Of a DNA stretch of 64,000 nucleotides, positions 56,526 to 64,000 are shown piece by piece. The stretch is taken from assembly GCA_964434675.1 (NCBI GenBank), contig CAYSWN010000006.1, positions 14,343 through 78,342 of the forward strand, in the 5' to 3' direction. The notes beneath the pieces were generated by a model that saw only the letters and a list, made by a program, of their open reading frames with translations, was not told the DNA's origin and did no database searches. A program made the translations under genes and the position numbers. The stretch's first letter is position 1; each line of letters opens with the position of its first letter. The stretch comes from an uncultured Ignavibacterium sp. (lineage in GTDB: Bacteria > Bacteroidota > Ignavibacteria > Ignavibacteriales > Ignavibacteriaceae).

Positions 56526-58194
56526 CGAAAGCTTAAAAGTTAAACGTAATCTTACCGCTCTTGTTGAATTTAGCAGAGTAATAAACTCAAGCCTTGATCT
56601 AAGTTTTATTTTAAATAATGTTCTTTTGACATGTCTTGGAAAATTTTTAGCTACAAAAGGGTTGGTAGCATTAAACATAAACGGCAAGCTTTCTCTTAAA
56701 GCTTCTAAAGGAATTTCTGAAGAAGGTGTTAAACAATTTCCATCCATCGATGCAAGCGAAGATTGTATTGGCAGTGAGGATTTAGAAAAGTATTTAGCAG
56801 AGAATAATCTTTTAGCGATTGAAAAGATCAGTTCATCAAATGAATGCGTGGGAATTGTATGCCTTGGTGATAAACTTAATAAGCAGCCTTATATAAAAGA
56901 CGACCTTGATTTTTTAAAAACCATTTTAAATATATCTGCATCAGCAATTCAAAATTCTATGATTGTGGATGAACTTAAACTTGTTAATCGCGATCTTGAT
57001 TCTAAAATTCAAAGATTAAGTTCGCTGTTTGAACTGAGTAAAGAATTTGGTTTGTTTTCCGAATCCACAAAAGTAACACGTTTATTAATTTTTGCATTGA
57101 TTGGACAATTCCTTGTTCAGAAATATGCACTGCTTCGGTTTGAAGGAAATGATATTGAAGTAATAGAACCAAAAATTCCTGTTGAAGAATTATTAACAAA
57201 AATTCGCAAGATAGACTATTACAAAATTGAAACTTCCTTAAATAAAGAACAGGTTGCATTACTGTTTCCTCCATTATTTGAAATGGGAATTGAAGTTATT
57301 GTACCAATGCAGATTCAGGGTAAAACAAAAGGATTAATTATTCTTGGAAAAAGAATTAATAATATTGAATATACTGATGCTGATATTGAGTTCATTTTTT
57401 CAGTTGGAAGCCTTGCAATTATATCCATGGAAAATAGAAAACTTTTCATGCAAGCCTTAGAAAAACAAAAACTTGAAGAAGAATTAGATCTTGCTCGCGA
57501 TATCCAAAGAAATCTTTTACCGCATAAAATTCCTAACTTTAAAAACTTTGAGATAGCTGCAATAAATATTTCATCAAAACAGGTTGGCGGTGATTATTAT
57601 GATATTATCGAACTTGATAACGATGATTGTTGTATCGCAATTGCGGATGTATCGGGCAAAGGAGTTCCTGCATCTTTATTAATGGCTAACATGCAAGCGT
57701 TTTTACAAGTGATATGCAGACAGAAGACACCGTTGGATGAAGCAACAGGATTTATAAATAATCTTATTTCCAGTAATACTTCCGATGGAAGATTTATTAC
57801 TTTCTTTTGGGGAATTTTAAATGATGTAACAAAATCTTTTAAGTATGTAAACGCAGGGCACAATCCGCCGTTGTTAATTCGCAATAGCAAGATTACAAAA
57901 TTAGAGATTGGCGGAATGATTTTGGGTGTGATGAAAACTATGATGCCTTATAAATCAGAATCAATACAATTACAAAAAGATGATGTGCTTGTATTATTTA
58001 CAGATGGAATTTCTGAAGCAATGAATAAAAAAAGCGAAGAGTTTTCGGATGAGGCTTTGGAAAAATTATCACTGGAAATGGCTGGTGCATCGGCTGAAAT
58101 TATTTTACAAAAAATACAGAGCGAAGTACAAAGTTTTACAAGCGGCGCAAATCAATCTGATGATATAACGTTGGTGGTTGTAAAGGTTAAATAA
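56515..58194 (+). CDS. Soluble GAF-GAF + SpoIIE/PP2C serine phosphatase
   Basis: 559 aa with no TM. PP2C motifs GGDYYDII, IAIADVSGKGVPAS, LFTDGISEAMN and SDDITLVVV. 11-nt overlap with the kinase gene. Confidence 0.85.
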   Translation: MSDNESLKVKRNLTALVEFSRVINSSLDLSFILNNVLLTCLGKFLATKGLVALNINGKLSLKASKGISEEGVKQFPSIDASEDCIGSEDLEKYLAENNLLAIEKISSSNECVGIVCLGDKLNKQPYIKDDLDFLKTILNISASAIQNSMIVDELKLVNRDLDSKIQRLSSLFELSKEFGLFSESTKVTRLLIFALIGQFLVQKYALLRFEGNDIEVIEPKIPVEELLTKIRKIDYYKIETSLNKEQVALLFPPLFEMGIEVIVPMQIQGKTKGLIILGKRINNIEYTDADIEFIFSVGSLAIISMENRKLFMQALEKQKLEEELDLARDIQRNLLPHKIPNFKNFEIAAINISSKQVGGDYYDIIELDNDDCCIAIADVSGKGVPASLLMANMQAFLQVICRQKTPLDEATGFINNLISSNTSDGRFITFFWGILNDVTKSFKYVNAGHNPPLLIRNSKITKLEIGGMILGVMKTMMPYKSESIQLQKDDVLVLFTDGISEAMNKKSEEFSDEALEKLSLEMAGASAEIILQKIQSEVQSFTSGANQSDDITLVVVKVK

Positions 58195-58203
58195 ATTATT
58201 ACG

Positions 58204-60765
58204 ATGAACAGATTTAAAAGAATGGTTTTAAAATACAGATTGAACATTGTTACGGGATTAACATTGTTCCTTGCGTTTGTTGCAGTGTTATCAATCTACG
58301 TTTCACTTGAAGTAAGACTACAATCCAATGATGAATGTTTGTGGAATCCCGAAAAAGTATCTAAAGATTCTGTAGCTATATTCTTTAGCAAGGTAAAAGT
58401 AAATGGAGTTAGCTGGAATGCAGGTATTAGAGATGGTGACCAGCTTTTGGAAATTGACGGTGTAAAACTCAGCGGTCTTCTTCAAGCCCAGGAAGTACTT
58501 AATAAATTTGATTCAGGTAAACTTGCAAACTATGTAGTTAAAAAACCTAATGGTGAAATACTTAGAACTCAGGTTTTTGTTAAAAAACTTGTTCAGTTTG
58601 GTTCACTTGCACAAAGTATAAGCGCTTTATTATACCTGATAATAGGCTTTATTGTATTTACTGCAAAACCGGATGGACTTGCACATAGGCTGTTTTATTT
58701 TATTGGAGTATTTACAGTTTTTTCCGCTGCATCTGTTTTATTCCCGTTTGATGACCTCTTCTTTATTAAGTTTATTACGGAAGAACCTATAACTGCAATC
58801 ATAGCAGGCAGCGGTGTGATGATAAGTCAAGTGGCTGTACAATTTTTATTTCTATACTTCGTTTGGTCTTTTCCGGTACAATTTAAATTTGCATCCAAAA
58901 AAAGTGTAAAGATTGTTTTAATTTCTTCTGCAATTATTTTGAGCCTAACCGGTATTGTGATAGCAAGTTCTTTAATCTGGACAAATCTTAAATCTTTATA
59001 TCTATTTAGATCATGGCAGTTAATAACACGAATAATATTTGTATTAATGTATATAGCATCATGGTTCTCGTTATTAATCCAATATAAACGTGAAAAAAAT
59101 CCCGACAAGAAAAAACCGGTTCTACTTTTTATTATAGCATTTACATTTGGCAGCCTTATCCAGTTATACGTTGGCACAATTGCGCCTGCAATTTCTGATA
59201 CAATTTTTAATTCACCTGAATATTACATGCCGATTATTCTTGTAGTTTTTGTTCCGATAATATTTGCATACGCAATTTTTAAATATCACCTGCTAGATGT
59301 GAGCATTGTAGTTAGAAACACAATTATTTATGGTACAGCAATGGCAACAGTTGCAGGTATTTATTTTGTTGTTATTTATTTATTGGGGCAGGGGATAAGC
59401 AGGGTTTTAGGAGCTGAGAATCAGGGGTTTATAGCCGGAATTTTCTTTTTGATCTTTGCTTTCGTGTTTCAATCCACAAAAGATAAGTTCCAAAGTTTTC
59501 TTACAAGAAAATTTTATCCCGAACAGTTTGCATATCAAAAGGTGTTAATTCAATTCAGCAACGATGTTTCAACAGTAGTCGGAACTGACAGAATTTTGGA
59601 TTTGACTACCAGTACTTTTATTGATGCGTTAAAGATTAATAAATTTGGAATTTTACTCAGAGATTATGATAAGGATGTTTTGAGTCTGGCGCGCGGAATA
59701 GGTTTTACAAATCAAAATTGTTTTATAGATAAATCAAATCTTATTCCCATCTATAAAGAAAAATCTTTAACATCAAATTATCCGGTAATTGAACAGCAGG
59801 ATTTTGAAAGCGTTTTTCCGGGTAAAGCAGAACGACTGATTGAAGAGGGTATTTATTCTGTTATACCGATGATTGTAAAATCCAAAGTAGTTGGTGCTTT
59901 GCTATTTGGATTAAAATACTCAGGTTCAAAGTTTGGCGGAAAAGATTTAGAACTTTTAACAGCGGCTGCAAATCAGTTAGCAGTTTCTTTAGAGAATGCA
60001 AGATTATATAAAACAGAAACAGAAAAAATTAAGATTGAACGCGATCTTGATCTTGCAAAGAAAATTCAGCAGAGTTTATTGCCTAAACGTATTCCTAATA
60101 TTAAGGGATTAGATATATGCGGCGAGATGTTTCCTGCTATGCAGGTTGGCGGTGATTATTACGATCTTATTCCTCTTTCCGAAACAAAATTATTTGTTGC
60201 AGTTGGTGATGTTTCAGGTAAAGGATTATCAGCGGCTTTGTATATGACTAAGCTTCAAACAATGATTCAAATATCGACTCAGGCTAACAACAGTCCGAAA
60301 GAAATTTTAACTGAGATAAACAAACGATTATATGAATCGATGGAACGCAGTTGGTTTATTACCATGACGCTGGCATTGTTTGATTCAGAAATTGGGACAG
60401 TAAAATTTTGCCGTGCTGGACATATGCCTCTAATCACGGCTAACAACGGTACTGTTGAATCAATTAAAACTGAAGGCATTGGATTGGGCTTAGAAAAAGG
60501 CGAAATATTTGAAAGAACTTTACAGGAAGTAGAACTTAAAATAAAAACCAATCAAATATTCGCATTCTTTTCAGATGGAATAACTGAAGCGATGAACGAA
60601 AAGGATGAAATGTTTGGTGAAGAAAAACTAAATGGAATTCTAAAAGGCAAATCAAACAATCGCTCTGCAGAAGTAATGAACAAAATCTGGAGCGAAGTAA
60701 AACTCTTCCGCGGCAGCACTCCGGTTAATGATGATATGACAATGGTTATTGTGAAAGTCTCATAA
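58204..60765 (+). CDS. TM-PDZ-multi-TM-GAF-SpoIIE/PP2C serine phosphatase
   Basis: 853 aa. Basic N-terminus plus TM1. PDZ-like segment (NAGIRDGDQLLEIDGVKL) before about 9 further helices. PP2C motifs GGDYYDLI, VAVGDVSGKGLSAA, FFSDGITEAMN and NDDMTMVIV. Confidence 0.85.
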   Translation: MNRFKRMVLKYRLNIVTGLTLFLAFVAVLSIYVSLEVRLQSNDECLWNPEKVSKDSVAIFFSKVKVNGVSWNAGIRDGDQLLEIDGVKLSGLLQAQEVLNKFDSGKLANYVVKKPNGEILRTQVFVKKLVQFGSLAQSISALLYLIIGFIVFTAKPDGLAHRLFYFIGVFTVFSAASVLFPFDDLFFIKFITEEPITAIIAGSGVMISQVAVQFLFLYFVWSFPVQFKFASKKSVKIVLISSAIILSLTGIVIASSLIWTNLKSLYLFRSWQLITRIIFVLMYIASWFSLLIQYKREKNPDKKKPVLLFIIAFTFGSLIQLYVGTIAPAISDTIFNSPEYYMPIILVVFVPIIFAYAIFKYHLLDVSIVVRNTIIYGTAMATVAGIYFVVIYLLGQGISRVLGAENQGFIAGIFFLIFAFVFQSTKDKFQSFLTRKFYPEQFAYQKVLIQFSNDVSTVVGTDRILDLTTSTFIDALKINKFGILLRDYDKDVLSLARGIGFTNQNCFIDKSNLIPIYKEKSLTSNYPVIEQQDFESVFPGKAERLIEEGIYSVIPMIVKSKVVGALLFGLKYSGSKFGGKDLELLTAAANQLAVSLENARLYKTETEKIKIERDLDLAKKIQQSLLPKRIPNIKGLDICGEMFPAMQVGGDYYDLIPLSETKLFVAVGDVSGKGLSAALYMTKLQTMIQISTQANNSPKEILTEINKRLYESMERSWFITMTLALFDSEIGTVKFCRAGHMPLITANNGTVESIKTEGIGLGLEKGEIFERTLQEVELKIKTNQIFAFFSDGITEAMNEKDEMFGEEKLNGILKGKSNNRSAEVMNKIWSEVKLFRGSTPVNDDMTMVIVKVS

Positions 60766-60790
60766 TCCAACTACAAATCAATTTTAAAAC

Positions 60791-60826
60791 AAAAAAGCCG
60801 ATGAATTTCTCCATCGGCTTTTTTTA
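60791..60826. terminator. Bidirectional terminator between the convergent PP2C operon and secF
   Basis: AAAAAAGCCGATG - loop - CATCGGCTTTTTTT. The GC core stem is flanked by A-run and T-run, so it reads as a terminator on either strand. Confidence 0.85.
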
Positions 60827-60845
60827 TATAAACACAAAAAACTTA

Positions 60846-61988
60846 TTATGAAAATTGAACTTTCTTTTTTGTTTTTTCTACGTACTCAAGTACAAATGCG
60901 CTTGCCACAAATATAGATGAATATGTTCCGATGATGATACCGAAGAACAAAGTAAATGCAAAAGCTCTTAGTACATCGCCGCCAAGAAGCATAAGAACAA
61001 AAACAGTTAGCAATGTTGTAAATGCTGTAATGATTGTTCTGCTCATTGTTTGATTAATACTTTTATTTATTACTTCCTTTAATGGCAGGCTTTTATGTAT
61101 TTTCATATTTTCTCTAACGCGGTCAAATACAATTACTGTATCGTTAATTGAATATCCGACAAGTGTTAGAAATGCCGCAACTATTGAAAGATCAATATCT
61201 AAGTTTAATCCGGGTATCACTCCGTATAAAGCTGAATACAATCCAAGTGTAATAAGCACATCGTGAAAAAGTGCAGCAACTGCGCCCACCGCAAATACAA
61301 ACTTAAATCTAAATCCCAAGTAAATAAGAATAACAACTAATGATAAAAACACAGCTATAACCGCATCTCTTTTTAACTCATCGCCAACCTTAGGTCCAAC
61401 ACGATCTTCTTTAACAACTTTAAATGGGTTGTCTTTAACTTTTTCTCTAAGATTTTCTTTAATCCATTCTGATATAGCAACGCTTACATCAATTTGAGTA
61501 TTATCAGGTTCTTCAGAAACTTTGCCTGATTGAAACCCTGCTTCATAAAGTTTTTCAGAAACCTTATTAGCTGCATCCGGATTTGGAAATGAATACCTGA
61601 TTGAAGTAGCTGTTTTTTCTACAACATTAAAAGGTACATCAGGAATGATTTTTTTTATTTGATTTTCTACACTTGCAACTACTTGTGGATACACATCGCT
61701 CGGAAGTTCTTGCAGTTCGGTTCTGATAAGAGCGCCGGTTTGTCCGCCAAAGGTTCTAACTTCAACGTTACCAAGCCCTATGTTTTCAATATCTTTTCTA
61801 ACTTCTGCAATATTAATTTGTTTATCAAACTGAAGAACGATTTCTGAGCCGCCTTTAAAATCGATACCGAAACTTAATCCTTTAAAGATTACGCTCAACA
61901 ATCCGATTCCAAATAATGTAATAGAAAAGATGTAGAAAAATTTTCTCTTACCTAAAAAATCAACATTTAAATTATGAAATACTCGCAT
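60846..61988 (-). CDS. secF: Protein translocase subunit SecF
   Basis: 380 aa. FGIDFKGGSE and the C-terminal 6-TM SecD/SecF core (INDTVIVFDRVREN). Confidence 0.93.
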   Translation of the reverse strand: MRVFHNLNVDFLGKRKFFYIFSITLFGIGLLSVIFKGLSFGIDFKGGSEIVLQFDKQINIAEVRKDIENIGLGNVEVRTFGGQTGALIRTELQELPSDVYPQVVASVENQIKKIIPDVPFNVVEKTATSIRYSFPNPDAANKVSEKLYEAGFQSGKVSEEPDNTQIDVSVAISEWIKENLREKVKDNPFKVVKEDRVGPKVGDELKRDAVIAVFLSLVVILIYLGFRFKFVFAVGAVAALFHDVLITLGLYSALYGVIPGLNLDIDLSIVAAFLTLVGYSINDTVIVFDRVRENMKIHKSLPLKEVINKSINQTMSRTIITAFTTLLTVFVLMLLGGDVLRAFAFTLFFGIIIGTYSSIFVASAFVLEYVEKTKKKVQFS

Positions 61989-62015
61989 TGATAAATTAAC
62001 TCCTTAATAAAAATT

Positions 62016-63953
62016 TTAACCTACGCTGATTTTGCTTCCTCTTGAAACGAGGAGATCTAACACAAGTCTTGTAATAACTAACGCACCAAATAATGAGGCA
62101 GCAATACCAATCATTAAGGTTAGCGCAAATCCTTGGACAGGACCTGTACCGAACTGGTAAAGAATAATGCCTGTAAAAAATGTTGTAATGTTCGAATCTA
62201 TAATAGCAGAGTATGCTCTTGAAAAACCGCTATCAAGCGAGGCTTTAATAGTTTTACCCGTAGCCATTTCTTCTCTTATTCTTTCAAATATCAGTACGTT
62301 CGCATCCACAGCCATACCAATTGTAAGTACGATACCTGCAATGCCCGGCAATGTTAGTGTTGCACTAAATCCTGCAAGAATACCAAGTATAAAAAGTATT
62401 ACAAGTACAAGTGTAAGTGCCGCAACCGTTCCTGCTTGTCTGTAATAAAATATCATAAATAGACCAACAAGTAAGTAACCAATTAATGCGGAGCTGAAAC
62501 CACTTGAAATAGAATCCTGACCCAAAGATGGACCAACAATTCTTTCTTCAATTACATCAACAGGAGCAGGAAGCGCACCGGCTTTAAGAACAATTTCAAG
62601 CAGCTTTGCTTCTTCCATATTTGCCGATCCTTCAATCTGTGAACGACCGCCAGGAATCTTTCCTTTTACATTTGGAGCTGTAAATACAACACCATCAAGC
62701 ATAATCGCAATTCTTTTTCCAATGTTTGCGCCAGTTATGCGTGCCCAATCTGTTGCACCTTCAGAATTCATAGTCATATTAACAATCGGAGAAGATGTGT
62801 TTGGATCTATATTTGCATTTGCATCTGTAACAACGCCGCCGGTAAGTTCCGGAGTTTTATTAACTAAATACATTGTAAAAATTTGTTTACCATCCTGTGA
62901 GCCAAATGGTTTTGCGGAAAATACAAATTCAACGTTATCAGGAATAACTTTTTGAACTTCAGGCAAACCTAACCAATATTCAATTTTATTTCGATCATCT
63001 TTACTTACATAGGCATCAGCAGTTGGGCTTTGTGGATTTAATACCGCAGCAGTAAAAAATGGATGCTGAATTCTAAATTCTTCTTCTGATAATTGCTTTG
63101 TTGTATCGCTTGCTGCTGTAGTATCAGTTTCTTTTTTTGTTGTATCCAATACTGCTGTTTCATTACCAAGTGAATCTTTAACACCTGATTGATTCCTTTT
63201 TGCAAGTACATCATCAATTCTTTGCATAATAGGAAAAGTAAGTTCAGCATCTTTAACTAATCTAAACTCTAACAAAGCTGTTCCCTGTAAAAGTTGTTTT
63301 GCTTCTTCTTCCTTAGCAACTCCCGGTAATTCAACAATAATTCTTCTGCTGCCTTGTCTGGATATAGAAGGTTCAGAAACTCCGTATTGATCAACTCTGT
63401 TTCTGATAATTTCCATCGCACGGTTAACAGCATCTTCCGCTGATTTTTTTAACTCGTCCATTATTTCATTGTCATCCTGTCGGATAGTTCCGTAGTATCG
63501 GCTTAATCTTATATTTCTTTCCTTAAATTTTCTTCCAACAATATCAACAACAGGTTCATCTGTTCTTAAAGCTTCTTTTTGAGCTTCAGCTAATACTTTT
63601 TTGAAAACATCATCAGGATTATTAGCAATTTTTTCTAGTAATTTTCCGGTGTTAACCTCTAGCACAACGCGCATACCGCCTTGCAAATCCAAACCGAGTT
63701 TAACCCGTTTTTTTCTTGCTTCAAGTATTGAAGGATCAGCAATTTTTATACTGTCTTCAACAAGCGTAACCATCTGTTCTACCTGTTCTTTAGATAGATC
63801 GGGATTAAGCTTTTTAACTTCGTTTCTTGTGGATTCGAGCTTTGCGGTTAATGATTTGTTGTTTTGATAATCCTGAAAAGTAGGATATAGCAGATATACA
63901 CTAAGTGCGATAAATGCGAATATTAGAATGATCTTAAATCTGTATTCTTTCAT
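62016..63953 (-). CDS. secD: Protein translocase subunit SecD
   Basis: 645 aa. LGLDLQGGMRVVLEV and the C-terminal TM core (VDANVLIFERIREE). Confidence 0.93.
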   Translation of the reverse strand: MKEYRFKIILIFAFIALSVYLLYPTFQDYQNNKSLTAKLESTRNEVKKLNPDLSKEQVEQMVTLVEDSIKIADPSILEARKKRVKLGLDLQGGMRVVLEVNTGKLLEKIANNPDDVFKKVLAEAQKEALRTDEPVVDIVGRKFKERNIRLSRYYGTIRQDDNEIMDELKKSAEDAVNRAMEIIRNRVDQYGVSEPSISRQGSRRIIVELPGVAKEEEAKQLLQGTALLEFRLVKDAELTFPIMQRIDDVLAKRNQSGVKDSLGNETAVLDTTKKETDTTAASDTTKQLSEEEFRIQHPFFTAAVLNPQSPTADAYVSKDDRNKIEYWLGLPEVQKVIPDNVEFVFSAKPFGSQDGKQIFTMYLVNKTPELTGGVVTDANANIDPNTSSPIVNMTMNSEGATDWARITGANIGKRIAIMLDGVVFTAPNVKGKIPGGRSQIEGSANMEEAKLLEIVLKAGALPAPVDVIEERIVGPSLGQDSISSGFSSALIGYLLVGLFMIFYYRQAGTVAALTLVLVILFILGILAGFSATLTLPGIAGIVLTIGMAVDANVLIFERIREEMATGKTIKASLDSGFSRAYSAIIDSNITTFFTGIILYQFGTGPVQGFALTLMIGIAASLFGALVITRLVLDLLVSRGSKISVG

Positions 63954-64000
63954 GCTTTAATAAATTTTAGTGACTAAAAGGGTCTTTAAAAAAATAGCTG

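Overview
AT-rich (roughly one-third G+C by eye) bacterial chromosomal segment. It is densely coded on both strands. I call 57 apparently intact CDS, one CDS fragment at the left edge and one decayed gene. Gene content, plus two secreted proteins with T9SS-type C-terminal sorting domains, suggests an FCB-group organism (Ignavibacteria/Bacteroidota-like); that placement is inference only. Most of the window is ordinary housekeeping: argS, surE, pgeF, folB-folK, lepA-lepB, uvrA, rdgB, ubiE, rsmA, aroK-aroB, nadA, purA, secDF. I found no rRNA, tRNA, tmRNA, CRISPR array, transposase, integrase, phage genes or recognisable defence genes. Four things are worth a second look. (1) At 53.7-60.8 kb a tight five-gene partner-switching operon holds three SpoIIE/PP2C phosphatases with different sensor modules, including a periplasmic-PDZ multi-TM one. 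They surround a single STAS antagonist and RsbW-like kinase, and no sigma-factor output is encoded in cis. Just upstream sit an ECF sigma / anti-sigma / beta-barrel module and a second, divergently transcribed STAS gene. (2) A family of GC-rich hairpin elements with a conserved GTCA-type head (GTCAY-NN-YGAGC) fills five of the six long intergenic spacers between 22.9 and 30.0 kb. Two of them are bounded by perfect 10-bp terminal inverted repeats. (3) A clearly decayed ribH (lumazine synthase) pseudogene lies at 40.18-40.52 kb. (4) Smaller items: a canonical ECF-type promoter abutting the sigma start codon, an in-frame TAG-TTG folB/folK junction, tandem paralogous lipoproteins and an unusual nadA leader. 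All functional calls rest on motif recognition by eye in the supplied translations; no database search was run.
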